Shown here piece by piece: positions 18,257 through 27,936 of a stretch of 64,000 nt of DNA; within the stretch, counting starts at the first letter, position 1; every line of letters starts with the position of its first letter. This stretch comes from an uncultured Chloroflexia bacterium (lineage in GTDB: Bacteria; Chloroflexota; Ktedonobacteria; Ktedonobacterales; JADMIN01): positions 135,640 to 199,639 of the forward strand of contig CAWEJL010000002.1 in the NCBI GenBank assembly GCA_963809385.1, written 5' to 3'. A program made the translations under genes and the position numbers. The notes beneath the pieces were generated by a model. It did not search any database and was not told the DNA's origin. It was given only the letters and a program-made list of their open reading frames with translations.

Positions 18257-19174
18257 TTACACCAACAGCCCCGCGCGGCGCGCGATGGCCAGCCGCTTCT
18301 CCTCCACGCGCAGCGAGGCGGCGTCAATCATCTCGTCGTCTATCACCAGCGCGCCCACCCCTTGATCGCTGTCCGCGTTGGCGTAGGCCTCCATGATGCG
18401 CTGGGCGCGGGCGATTTCCTCTTCGGTCGGCGTGAAGGCGGTATTGATAACGGCGACCTGCGGCGGATACACGGCCCACTTGCCGTCGAAGCCCATGCGC
18501 GCCGCCATCTCCGCGTCGCGCTTGCAAGCGTCGAGGTCCTTGATCGCCAGCGTCACGCCATCCATCGCCGTGATGCCAGCGGCGCGCGCGGCGGTGATGA
18601 CCTTGGCCTTGGCGTAATTGTAGTAAAAGAACTGCTCGCCGCCCAGCTCCTTCGCGCCGATATCGCCCGCGAAGTCCACCAACCCGAAGATCAGCCCGCT
18701 CAGGCGCGGCGAGGATTTGGCGATCGCTTCGGCGTGCAGAACCGCATCCGCCGACTCGATCAGCGCTTCCAGCATGATGCGCCCGACCGGGAAGCCCATG
18801 TTCATCTCAATCTGCATCAGCAGCCGGTCAGCGAAAATGACATCCTCTGGCGCGTTGACTTTGGGCAGCACGACGCAGTCCAACGACTGGCCCGCGGCCT
18901 CGACCACCTCGATGAGGTCGCGGTAGAAGAAGCGCGTCGTCGGGCCGTTCGGACGGAAGGCGCGGATGCGGGAGCCGAAATCGAGCGTTGTCAGCGCCTC
19001 GATCACCGTCTTGCGCGCGCCCTCTTTCTGCGAGACCGCGCAGGCGTCCTCCAGGTCGAAGATCACCTGATCGGCATCTGACACGGCGGCCTTAGTCATC
19101 ATCTTCAGCGAATGGCCGGGGCAGGTCAGCTCCGAGCGGCGGATCAGCGTCTCGCGTATCGTCTCAGTAGTCAT
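18257..19174 (-). CDS. HpcH/HpaI-CitE family CoA-ester lyase (citryl/malyl-CoA lyase-like)
   Basis: RSELTCPGHSLKMM, FDLEDA, LPKV and EALIES are the characteristic CitE/HpcH motifs. ATG 19172-19174. Confidence 0.75.
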   Translation of the reverse strand: MTTETIRETLIRRSELTCPGHSLKMMTKAAVSDADQVIFDLEDACAVSQKEGARKTVIEALTTLDFGSRIRAFRPNGPTTRFFYRDLIEVVEAAGQSLDCVVLPKVNAPEDVIFADRLLMQIEMNMGFPVGRIMLEALIESADAVLHAEAIAKSSPRLSGLIFGLVDFAGDIGAKELGGEQFFYYNYAKAKVITAARAAGITAMDGVTLAIKDLDACKRDAEMAARMGFDGKWAVYPPQVAVINTAFTPTEEEIARAQRIMEAYANADSDQGVGALVIDDEMIDAASLRVEEKRLAIARRAGLLV

Positions 19175-19478
19175 CGGCTGCGGCTCCTTCAGTGCGAAGG
19201 CGCGCGTCCGCCGCGCGCCACGCATCCAGTATACCGCTCGCTGGTGTCATTCCATACAGCGAGCTCACGCGCCTCAGGGCAGCGCCAAAGTCGCCCGGCG
19301 AGGCGAGCGGGCGGTTGAAACCGCGCCTCAAGGCGGCGCCCGCCGCCACAAGACCTGCCTCCGCAGGTCCTCGTCCCACCGAGCGGGCGTCCGCGCAGGC
19401 GGACGTTGTGGGCCGCCTGGCCCTTCAGGTGCGGTTTCAACCGCCTGCTCGCTGGGCAATGACTTTGACACCGCCCTG

Positions 19479-20630
19479 TCACGCGCCCCAGTCGCCGCGC
19501 CAGCCTGCCAGCAAGTCCACCGCCGTCTCGGCCACCTCAGCCAGCGGCGCCAGGGCGATATACTCCTCGGCGGTATGCTCGTTCATCGCTCCGGTGGAGA
19601 TGGTGACGGCGCGGACATGCCGCCTGAGGGCGCTGGCGTCGCTGCCAATGAACGTCGTCACCGTGCGGAATGTTCCGCCGCGCGCCTCGACAGCAGCGCG
19701 CCAGGCCAGCAGCGCTGGCTCATCCTGCGCGACGGTATAGCTGTCGCAGTGCGGGTCGAAGCTGACCTCCGCCGCGCCGCCCAGCGCCTCCGCCGCGTCG
19801 GTGAAGGCCTGCGCCACGCTGGCCAGCAGCGCCTCGCGCACGTCGCCATCCAGCAGTGTGCGGACCTCGCCCTGCGCGCGCAGCTCGCGCGGGATGGCGT
19901 TGCGCGCCGTCCCAGCCTCGACCCGCCCCACCGAGACGCGCGTCGTGTCGCCATCCAGCGAGCCCCACGGATACGCCGCGCGGCGGAAGATCTCGATCGC
20001 GCTCACCGCGCCATCCAGGCTCTTGCCCGGGTGGCCGCCCGAACCATGGATGACCACGTCGAATGCGATATAGGTCGCGGCGCGCGTCACGGCCACGCCC
20101 GCTTCGCCCGCGTTGTCGAAGATCAGCCCATCCACCGCGCCCCAGGGCGCCGGGTCGAACGCCTTGGCGCCCGTCAGGCCGACCTCCTCGCCGGTGGTGA
20201 AGAGCGCCAGCAGCGGCGGATGCGAAAGCCCGCGCGCCCGCAGCGTCTCCAGCGCCTCCAGGATGATTGCGATCCCCGCGCTGTCATCCGCGCCGAGATT
20301 GGTCGTCCCATCGCTGCGCATCACGCCGTCCGCGATGACCGGCGTATGCGCCAGGCCCGGCGGCACGCGGTCGAGGTGCGCGTTGAGCAGCAGCGGCGGC
20401 TCCGCGTCGCGCTCCGCCGGGACGCCCGCTACCCGCGCGATCAGATTGCCCGCCGCGTCCGTGACCGTCGCCAGCTCCAGCCGCTCCAGCCGCCCGCGCA
20501 CATAGGCGCGCGCCTCATCCTCTTGGCCAGAGACGCTAGGCGTGGCCGCCAGCTCCACCAGTGTGCGCGTCACCCGCGCCAGCGTGGCGCCACCCGCTGG
20601 GGCCGCCTCGTCGTGAGTATCTAGACGCAT
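19479..20630 (-). CDS. M20-family metallopeptidase (PepT/ArgE-like)
   Basis: NAHLDRVP, GADDSAGIAIILEA, TTGEEVGLTGA and GSGGHPG motifs. ATG 20628-20630 with GAGGAGG upstream. Confidence 0.75.
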   Translation of the reverse strand: MRLDTHDEAAPAGGATLARVTRTLVELAATPSVSGQEDEARAYVRGRLERLELATVTDAAGNLIARVAGVPAERDAEPPLLLNAHLDRVPPGLAHTPVIADGVMRSDGTTNLGADDSAGIAIILEALETLRARGLSHPPLLALFTTGEEVGLTGAKAFDPAPWGAVDGLIFDNAGEAGVAVTRAATYIAFDVVIHGSGGHPGKSLDGAVSAIEIFRRAAYPWGSLDGDTTRVSVGRVEAGTARNAIPRELRAQGEVRTLLDGDVREALLASVAQAFTDAAEALGGAAEVSFDPHCDSYTVAQDEPALLAWRAAVEARGGTFRTVTTFIGSDASALRRHVRAVTISTGAMNEHTAEEYIALAPLAEVAETAVDLLAGWRGDWGA

Positions 20631-20679
20631 CACGCGCCTCCTCTTCCGAACGCGATTCGTTCCGCCGCGCGCCATACGT

Positions 20680-21711
20680 TCAGGCGTCCGGCTCGCCCGC
20701 CTCAAGCCGCGCCACGGTCGCCTCGATCAGCGACGTGACATCCGCCAGCATCACCCCGCGCGAATCGGGCACATCCATATCCGCGAAGCCGCACAAATTC
20801 ATCAGGTCCATCAACAGCGTCATCCGCCGCCAGCCCGGCGGCGCATAGCCGCCATGCGCGCGATACGCCGCCACCACATGGCCCGCAAAGCCTGGCGGCA
20901 GCATTGTCGCCTCGCGCCGCAGCAACTGGCCAAGATCGAACAGCGATGGCCCGGCGAAGGCGAACTCCCAGTCCAGGACGCCACTCACGCGCCAGGCGCC
21001 ACCATCGCGCGCCACCAGCAGGTTGCTGTCGCGAAAGTCGGCGTGAACCAGCGACACGCGCCCAGCCAGCGCGTCCAGCTCACTCGCACACGCCTCGACC
21101 AGCGACCACAGCCGCGCGGTGAGATCGGCGCCCAGGCGCTCACCCGCGCGCGCCTCGAAGAGCAGATACCGCAGACGTCCGCGCGTCATCCCGGCGGGCG
21201 CGTCGAGCGGCTCGGTGATGGTGAGGTCAGGGCCAAAGAAGCCGCTGGCAGGGAAGGTGAACGCGCCAATCGCGGCGGCGGCCGCGCCGAGCGCGGCGGC
21301 CAGTGACGGAGCCTCATCGGATGGCAGCGACGCCAGCGCCACCGGCAGCGGGACGCCCTCCACCCAGGACATCAGCATCCACGGCAGGCGGAAGCGCGCG
21401 GCGGTGTCTGCGTAGAGCACTGTGGGCGATGGGACTGCGCCAGCCACCAGCCGCAGCAGCCGCTCCTCACGCGCGCAGGCCGCCGCGTCACGCGTGTACA
21501 ACCGTAACACCACCGGCGTTGGCGCGCCATCCAGCTCGATGCGGTAGTTGGTATTGACGAGGCCGGTGGTGAGCGGCTCCATAGCGCCGATCGCGCGCCC
21601 CGGCGCCGCTACCGCCAGCAGCGCGCGCGCCTCCTCCGGCGTGAGCGCGACCAGCGGCTCGCGACGCGACCAGCCCGCTGTGGGGTCCGGTGGGTGAGAT
21701 GGGCCCGACAT
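20680..21711 (-). CDS. Aminoglycoside-phosphotransferase-fold kinase
   Basis: GLVNTNYRIEL, LVHADFRDSNLLV (HxDxxxxN) and VLDWEFAFAG (DxE/DFG-equivalent). Start at ATG 21709-21711. Confidence 0.7.
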   Translation of the reverse strand: MSGPSHPPDPTAGWSRREPLVALTPEEARALLAVAAPGRAIGAMEPLTTGLVNTNYRIELDGAPTPVVLRLYTRDAAACAREERLLRLVAGAVPSPTVLYADTAARFRLPWMLMSWVEGVPLPVALASLPSDEAPSLAAALGAAAAAIGAFTFPASGFFGPDLTITEPLDAPAGMTRGRLRYLLFEARAGERLGADLTARLWSLVEACASELDALAGRVSLVHADFRDSNLLVARDGGAWRVSGVLDWEFAFAGPSLFDLGQLLRREATMLPPGFAGHVVAAYRAHGGYAPPGWRRMTLLMDLMNLCGFADMDVPDSRGVMLADVTSLIEATVARLEAGEPDA

Positions 21712-21803
21712 GCGCCGTCCTCTCCATCGCTGTCCGCACAACACAACACGCCGGATACCCACGCATGATGCGGGTATCCGGCGTGTAGCGAGCGTGGTGG
21801 AGA

Positions 21804-22118
21804 CTACTCGCGCTCCACCGATTCAGGCTCGGTAGCCACACCCCGGCGTATCAGGGTGCGCAGGGCGTCCAGGCGGCCACGGAGCCACTCGGGGCTGCGG
21901 CCGCTGACCGGCTTGCCGCCGCGCGTCGCTGTGTAGATGCGGGCCGCATGGGTCACGGCCAGCACAAGCTGTCGCTCGGTCGGCGAATAGCCGCGCGACG
22001 CGCCCCAGGCGTAATCACGCATGATCGTGCTGAACCCGGCGCGGTAGTCCGCCGAGCCCTCCACGTCCGCTATCTCACCATCGAGCCCTTGCGGCTCGTC
22101 GCCAAACGATTGCGCCAC
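21804..22118 (-). CDS. Hypothetical protein
   Basis: 104-aa ORF, GTG start with GGAAGG 8 nt upstream, non-repetitive composition. No family recognised. Confidence 0.4.
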   Translation of the reverse strand: MAQSFGDEPQGLDGEIADVEGSADYRAGFSTIMRDYAWGASRGYSPTERQLVLAVTHAARIYTATRGGKPVSGRSPEWLRGRLDALRTLIRRGVATEPESVERE

Positions 22119-22168
22119 ACCGACAACCTTCCACGCGACTCTCGCGCCTCACGCCCGATCAGACGGGA

Positions 22169-22561
22169 CTAGTGACCGCAGCCGCAGCCGCGCGCCTGGC
22201 CGCTGTCGCCGGCGGTCTTGAAGCTATGGCCACAGCCGCATGTGGAGACCGCCTGCGGGTTGTTGACGGTGAAGCCAGCGCCCATCAAGCTGTCTACGTA
22301 GTCCACTTCGCTGCCTGAGATGTAGTCGGCGCTCATGTCGTCAATCAGCACGCGCACGCCCGTGACCTCGAAGACGCTATCGCCGTCCTGGGTCTCGTCG
22401 AGCGTCATGCCATACTGCAAGCCAGAGCAGCCGCCGCCGGCCACGAAGATGCGCAGCCCCAGCTCAGGGTTGCCCTCAGCGTCCAGCAGTTCGCGAACCT
22501 TCTCCGCCGCGGCTGGCGTCAAGGTGATAAGCGCAATCCGCGTCTCGGTCTCGTCAATCAT
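22169..22561 (-). CDS. IscA/HesB-type iron-sulfur cluster insertion protein with duplicated Cys-rich tail
   Basis: GGGCSGLQYGM and the C-terminal CGCGHSF signature. An extra tail KTAGDSGQARGCGCGH follows. ATG 22559-22561 lies downstream of AGGAGG. Confidence 0.8.
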   Translation of the reverse strand: MIDETETRIALITLTPAAAEKVRELLDAEGNPELGLRIFVAGGGCSGLQYGMTLDETQDGDSVFEVTGVRVLIDDMSADYISGSEVDYVDSLMGAGFTVNNPQAVSTCGCGHSFKTAGDSGQARGCGCGH

Positions 22562-22703
22562 GGGGTGCTGTTCCTCCTGCACGCGGACGTGACGTTCTGC
22601 ATCTCGCTCGCCGCGGCTTTTGTGGCTATCGCATCAAAGCCCAGGCCAGGACAAACGGGTGATACACCCGCGCTGCCCCAACACTTCACTTCGTACAGTA
22701 ATT

Positions 22704-24101
22704 CTACGCGCCAACGTCAAGAGCGTCAATGCTATCAGCCGCGCGGCGGCGTCCCCAGGCATTCCAGGCCACCCTGCCGGCATCCACCGCCACGAGCGCG
22801 CATACGACGAGCCATGCCCAGTCAATCGGAGCCCGCAGCCGGTAGAACTCCGCGTAGGACGCCACCGCCGTCATCGCGATGGCGCCAACTACCGCGAGCG
22901 TCAGCAGCGCGATGACGAACAGCGCCGGGTCGCGCCAGCCGCGCCACAGCCGCCACGCCAGCCACAGCGCGACCAGTGGCAGCGCGAGATACGTCAGCAG
23001 CTCATCCCGCGCCACGACGCGAGCCAGCCTGTAGCCAATGGTATTTCCACCACGAGCATCCATTCCCGGCGGCGCCAGCCACACCCGCACAGCGTCGCGC
23101 GCGGTATCAATGGCGTAGCGCGCCGGATCGTGGAAGATGACGTAGCGCGCATAGACACCCAGCGCCCGGTAGTAGTTTCCCGAATAACCATACTTTTCGG
23201 CGAAGGTCCACGGCAGGTCGCCACCTTGCGCGGCGAACTCTCGCGCGTCGCGCTGGATGGCCTGGAATTGCGGCGGAACTGGTTTGCTCAGCATCCGGTA
23301 CTCCAACGCTTTGCCGAACAGATTCGCGTCCGAGACGTACGAGACGCCGTAATAGCCGTTCACCGCGCCATTGAGCGCCACATAGCCGCCCACCAGGCCG
23401 TAGACCAGCGCCAGCGCCAGCCCAAGCGCCGCCAGCTCGCGCCTTGCCCAGCGCAGGCCAATCGCCCGGGCAAGCAGCGCCAGCCCAACCAGCGCAGGCA
23501 GATAGAGATAAAACGGTCGCGTCATGATGGCCAGCGTGGAAAACACCGCGAAGGCGACGCTCGCTCCGGGAGTGACACGCCGCGCCAAGCGCTCCACCAC
23601 GAGAAACAGCGTCACCGTCAGCCAGCATGAGAACGTCTCGTCGCGAATACTGTACGCCCAGTCCAGCATGTAGAGGTTCAGCGCCACCGCCGAGGCGATC
23701 GCGCACGCGATCCAGGGCCGCCACATCAGACGGTACGCCAGCAGGTACACCTCGAACGCCGTAATGGAGAACAGCGCAAGCTGGATAGCCACCACCGCGT
23801 AGGGATTCTGGTCAGGAAACACGGCGAAGACCAGCGCCAGAAACATCGGGTAGCCAGGCGTCCGTTTGGGGTCCGCTACTTGCCCCGTCGCGATGATCTT
23901 GCGCGCCGTGGCGAGGTATTCACTGGAATCAGGCGAGCTGGGGATGGCGGGATGAGTGCTATACAGCGCCAGCAATGACGCCAGCGTAGCCAGCGCGACC
24001 ACGAGAAGCGGTATGCCATGAGTCCTCAGAAAGTCCCGCGCGCGATCGCGTGAAAACGTCTGTTTTACCGGCGCCAGCGCCGCGCTCGCCCACTCCATCA
24101 C
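22704..24101 (-). CDS. GT-C fold (ArnT/PMT family-39-like) membrane glycosyltransferase
   Basis: 465 aa with more than 10 TM segments. The first-loop motif PDSSEYLATAR and PGYPMFLALVF are typical of GT39/ArnT-like enzymes. Confidence 0.6.
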   Translation of the reverse strand: MMEWASAALAPVKQTFSRDRARDFLRTHGIPLLVVALATLASLLALYSTHPAIPSSPDSSEYLATARKIIATGQVADPKRTPGYPMFLALVFAVFPDQNPYAVVAIQLALFSITAFEVYLLAYRLMWRPWIACAIASAVALNLYMLDWAYSIRDETFSCWLTVTLFLVVERLARRVTPGASVAFAVFSTLAIMTRPFYLYLPALVGLALLARAIGLRWARRELAALGLALALVYGLVGGYVALNGAVNGYYGVSYVSDANLFGKALEYRMLSKPVPPQFQAIQRDAREFAAQGGDLPWTFAEKYGYSGNYYRALGVYARYVIFHDPARYAIDTARDAVRVWLAPPGMDARGGNTIGYRLARVVARDELLTYLALPLVALWLAWRLWRGWRDPALFVIALLTLAVVGAIAMTAVASYAEFYRLRAPIDWAWLVVCALVAVDAGRVAWNAWGRRRAADSIDALDVGA

Positions 24102-24224
24102 CGCTTCCTCGCTGTCTCATCACTGGACAAAGCGCCACTCTCCCTCGCGCCCGCGCCCCATGGCAGTGCGCCAATCCCTGGCTTGCTATGCCGTATGACG
24201 CGACAGCGCAAGCCAGGTAACGCC

Positions 24225-25427
24225 TCAGCGCGGGCCAGTCTTGCCGCCGCCGAGCAGCGGGTTGATGCGTAACAGCGAGGAGTCGAAGGAGTACGTGCTG
24301 CGGCGCTTCTCGCGGCGGCGGGCCTGGGCGTAGCCGATGAGCGTGGTGAGCAGGTCGGGGAACGACACGCCCGAAGGCTCCCAGAGGTAGAAGGAAAGCG
24401 AGCCAGGGAGTGTATTGATCTCATTGACGTAGTAGACGCCCGTATCAGGATGGACGAGGAAATCCACCCGCGAGACGCCCGCCGCGCCAATCGCGCGGAA
24501 GGTCTTTACGGCGGTGTCCTGGATGGCGCGCGTCAAGTCATCGGAGATGTCAGCGGGGATGATGCGGCGTGAGCCTTTCATGCCCTCGCCCTTGCCGCCT
24601 TTGAGATACTTCTCATCGTAGCTGAGTGTGCCGGCGATGACGGGCCGCTCGCAGACGGAAGCTCGCGCTTCGTTCGCGTCGCCCAGCACGGAGCAGTTGA
24701 TCTCGGCTATATTCTGCTGGGCAGGCTCGACCATCACCCGGCTGTCATAGGTCGCGGCGACATCAATCGCAAACTGGAGCGCCGTGCGGTCCTCCGCACT
24801 GGAAACGCCGATGCTGGAGCCGAGCGAGACGGGCTTGACGAAGACCGGATAGGGGAAGGCGGCTTCGATCTCGGTGAGCACAGCGTCAGGCTCGCGCTGC
24901 CAGCGCGCGCGGGTGAGAGCATAGTCGGGCAGCACGGGCAAACCCGCCGCGCGCAGGGCGACCTTGGTCATCAGCTTGTCCATGCCGATCGCTGACGCCT
25001 CGACGCCACATCCCACATACGGCAGATCGGCCAGTTCGAGCAGTCCCTGGATCGTGCCATCTTCGCCGTGCGAGCCGTGCAGGAGCGGAAAAGCGATATC
25101 CAACGGCTCGATCTCCGGCTCCGCCGCCTTGCCGCCGAACAGCCCCTTGCGCTCGGGCGCCTTGCGCGGAAGCAGGCCAGGCTGGGTCGCGTCCGCGCTG
25201 AAGAGCACCGGCTCCGCGAGCGTCTGGAGCTTCTCCAGGTCGGTGTAGTTCGCCAGGTCCATCAGCGCCGCGCCAGTGAACCAGCGTCCCTCTTTGGAGA
25301 TGTAGATCGGGATCGGCGTATAGCGGTCACGCGGCAGCGCGGCCATAGCCTGATGCGCCGTCAGCGCCGAAACCTCATGCTCGACCGAGCGTCCACCGAA
25401 GATCATACCGACACGCAGCGGGGGCAT
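24225..25427 (-). CDS. ddl: D-alanine--D-alanine ligase
   Basis: RVGMIFGGRSVEHEVS, LHGSHGEDGTIQGLLE, the ATP-grasp core and VNEINTLPG. AAGGAG lies 7 nt upstream of ATG 25425-25427. Confidence 0.9.
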   Translation of the reverse strand: MPPLRVGMIFGGRSVEHEVSALTAHQAMAALPRDRYTPIPIYISKEGRWFTGAALMDLANYTDLEKLQTLAEPVLFSADATQPGLLPRKAPERKGLFGGKAAEPEIEPLDIAFPLLHGSHGEDGTIQGLLELADLPYVGCGVEASAIGMDKLMTKVALRAAGLPVLPDYALTRARWQREPDAVLTEIEAAFPYPVFVKPVSLGSSIGVSSAEDRTALQFAIDVAATYDSRVMVEPAQQNIAEINCSVLGDANEARASVCERPVIAGTLSYDEKYLKGGKGEGMKGSRRIIPADISDDLTRAIQDTAVKTFRAIGAAGVSRVDFLVHPDTGVYYVNEINTLPGSLSFYLWEPSGVSFPDLLTTLIGYAQARRREKRRSTYSFDSSLLRINPLLGGGKTGPR

Positions 25428-25539
25428 TACTCACTCCTTGGGGCTGTCTGACGACGGTGTGGTGGCGAGCTGCCCGGGCAGCGGCGCGCGCCCTCATGGT
25501 AGCCCCCGCGCTCCCTTATCCGCAACCAGTCTAGGAGCT

Positions 25540-27702
25540 TCAAGGAACGGCGAGCGGCGAAAGCGTAATTGAGCCATCGTCGTTGATCGTCGCTTGATTT
25601 AGCCCTGAGCTATTGCTCGTGGCTTCCGGCTTCATCGCCACCGGCGCCTGGCCACCATTCAGCGCGGAGAGGAAGCGCAGCGAGCCAGCGGTGCGAATGT
25701 CGGGGCCGGCTGTTCCGCTCCGCAGGCTCAGGCGCAAATCACCGCCAGGCGTGAGTGGCAGGATGGTATAGAGCGTCTCGCCCGCCTGCCAGCGCTGCGC
25801 CTCGCAGGTTGTGGAGACGGATCGGCCGCCCTCCGCGGCGCTGACCGTGAAGAAGCGGGTTTGGCCCACTGGCGCGCGGGCAGCGACAACGTTCCAGCCT
25901 ACGGCAATCGCTCGCGTTCCCAATGGAGCAATGGTCGCGAGTTGGAGAGAGTCGCCAGCGCCATCATCGAAAAAGATCGGGGGCGGCGTCCGCGCGCCGG
26001 AAGGGGCGCCGCCAGGCCCGGACATCTGGTAGACAGGGTAATCTGGGCCGCCCATCATCCGCAGCGCGCCCACAGGCTGCGCCCCAGCGACACTGGCCAG
26101 CAGCGTGGCGGCAGGGGTGTTGGGGGCCGCAGAGGTGATGAGCCAGCTCTTCGTCGTGGAAGCGGATGGAAGCGACAGGCAGTCGGGCGTCATGGTCACG
26201 CGGTCAGCGCGCTCGCCCGCGAAGATGTAGTCCGCGGGCAGGCGGTAGCGCGGGTCGCTGGGCGTGATGACTTCGACGGTCGTCGCGCCTGTTTGCCGCT
26301 GGAGTTGGTCCAGCTCGCTCGCGCCGGCCTGAATGACGCTCAGCGGATAGCCATAGTTGTCGTAGGCGTTGAAGGTGGCGGCATTGGTGAGCGATACGGG
26401 ATAACTAATCCACTGCGCTGAGCGCGCGACGACCAGCAGCAGCATCCCGACCTCCAGCGCCAGGGCCGTGAGCGAGGCGAGGCGCACGCTACGGGGGCGT
26501 AGCTGGCGCGCAAGCCAGGTAATCGACGAGACGGCTCCAACCGCCGAAACGATGAATGCGGTGGGATACAGCACCATCAGGTAGTGCGCGAATAGGCCAG
26601 CGCTATGCCGGATCATCAACGCGACGGGCAGGCTGACACTGAGCCACAGCAGCAGGTTGATCTTCCAGGAATCGCTGGCGCGCAGGCCACGATAGAGCGC
26701 AACCAGCCACGCGCGCGCGGCGGCGACCATACCTTGCTCGCGCCGCCAGGGCAGCGCGCGCGCCGGACGAAGAATGCGCGCGGTCAGCACGATCCAGCCA
26801 ATGGCGAACAGGATGGTGGCAAGAACATTGAGCGCGAGGAAGGGGAGCGCGGAGCCAGGGAAGCTGCCACCCGGGCTGCCAATCGCCTGGTAGAGATAAT
26901 AAAACACAGCGGGATTGATGTGGCTCTGCCCCGTCGCGTATGCGCGCGCGGCGCGCAAATCGGAAAAGCCGCTCAGCGCCTCCCAAACCAGCGTGGGCGC
27001 GACGAGCGCCAGCCCGATGACCGCTGACACGACCCACGCCCACCAGCGCGGGAAGCGCGGCGCGAGGAAGGCGGCTACCAGCGTCACCGGCGCCAGCAGT
27101 GCGGCGGTGGGATGCAGCAGCGTGGCGAGCGCCAGCAGCGTCACGTTCGCCGCGAACCAGCGGCGGCGGCCTTCAACGGCTCCGAAGTAGAGCGTCAGCG
27201 CCCAGAGGATCAGCAGCGGCGGCAGATAGTTCTGCTGCCAGATGAAGCGGCTATAATTGATCGCCGCGCCACACGAAGCGAAGAGCAGCGCGCTGAGTGA
27301 CGCGACGCGCCGCCCGAAGTAGCGCAGGGTGAAGATATAGCACAGCGCGACGCCCAGCACATTCCATAGCGCGACGCTGATGACGACCGGCATGGGGTTG
27401 GCGGTGAAGGCCGCGAATGGCAGCAGGAGATAGATACTGAGCGGCGGATTCAAGGTATGGATAGATGAAGGAATGCCGGTCAGCGGGATGAGGCCGCGCG
27501 TCACGCTCGCCCGCGCCAGAACCATCAGCCTGGTCTGGTCGTCCAGGTACTGCGTGAGATCGAGCCGCCACAGGCGCAGCACAGCGCCGAGCGCCAGCGC
27601 CAGCCAGAACTCCCAGTGCCGCGCCCAGCCCCAGCGCGCGGGCGTTACCGCCGCGCTCGTCCGCTCGTCCGCCGTGCGGGTCGCAATCCGCCCCAGATCC
27701 AT
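25540..27702 (-). CDS. GT-C fold membrane glycosyltransferase with large C-terminal extracytoplasmic domain
   Basis: 720 aa. About 13 TM segments in the N-terminal 420 aa, with a YLDDQT loop motif, followed by a ~280-aa soluble domain. Confidence 0.6.
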   Translation of the reverse strand: MDLGRIATRTADERTSAAVTPARWGWARHWEFWLALALGAVLRLWRLDLTQYLDDQTRLMVLARASVTRGLIPLTGIPSSIHTLNPPLSIYLLLPFAAFTANPMPVVISVALWNVLGVALCYIFTLRYFGRRVASLSALLFASCGAAINYSRFIWQQNYLPPLLILWALTLYFGAVEGRRRWFAANVTLLALATLLHPTAALLAPVTLVAAFLAPRFPRWWAWVVSAVIGLALVAPTLVWEALSGFSDLRAARAYATGQSHINPAVFYYLYQAIGSPGGSFPGSALPFLALNVLATILFAIGWIVLTARILRPARALPWRREQGMVAAARAWLVALYRGLRASDSWKINLLLWLSVSLPVALMIRHSAGLFAHYLMVLYPTAFIVSAVGAVSSITWLARQLRPRSVRLASLTALALEVGMLLLVVARSAQWISYPVSLTNAATFNAYDNYGYPLSVIQAGASELDQLQRQTGATTVEVITPSDPRYRLPADYIFAGERADRVTMTPDCLSLPSASTTKSWLITSAAPNTPAATLLASVAGAQPVGALRMMGGPDYPVYQMSGPGGAPSGARTPPPIFFDDGAGDSLQLATIAPLGTRAIAVGWNVVAARAPVGQTRFFTVSAAEGGRSVSTTCEAQRWQAGETLYTILPLTPGGDLRLSLRSGTAGPDIRTAGSLRFLSALNGGQAPVAMKPEATSNSSGLNQATINDDGSITLSPLAVP

Positions 27703-27865
27703 CGTTACCTTGTCCTGACCGCTCTATCGTCGTGCGGAGCTGCCGCTCCTTGTAGCGCGCCTTCCTCACACTGGTGACGGATGAGTCCCGCGCCAGCAAC
27801 AATGCCTAGCCGCACGCGATGGGGCCGGAAGCTGGCGAGCGCGCTTCACATCGCCTGGCCGCCTA

Positions 27866-27874
27866 TGGTATAGT
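27866..27874 (+). promoter_or_regulatory. Extended -10 TGgTATAGT upstream of the NUDIX-4TM / paralog / comEC operon
   Basis: tggtatagt lies 63 nt before ATG 27937. Confidence 0.4.
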
Positions 27875-27936
27875 CGCCTCAATCCGCGCCTAGCGCAAGC
27901 AGGAACACCAGGCCGCGCGGACTGAGGAGGGAGCGG

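Noticed and set aside
17603-19081. 492-aa plus-strand ORF
   Set aside because: It is antisense to the CitE-like lyase and the PT/Gly-rich gene. It contains poly-Pro (the complement of the Gly tract) and Arg/His-rich noise, with no motifs.
25469-25482. 14-nt perfect palindrome gctgcccgggcagc between the GT-C gene and ddl, considered as a terminator
   Set aside because: The stem would be only about 5 bp with a 4-nt loop and no U-tract. It is too weak to call and may be incidental in GC-rich DNA.
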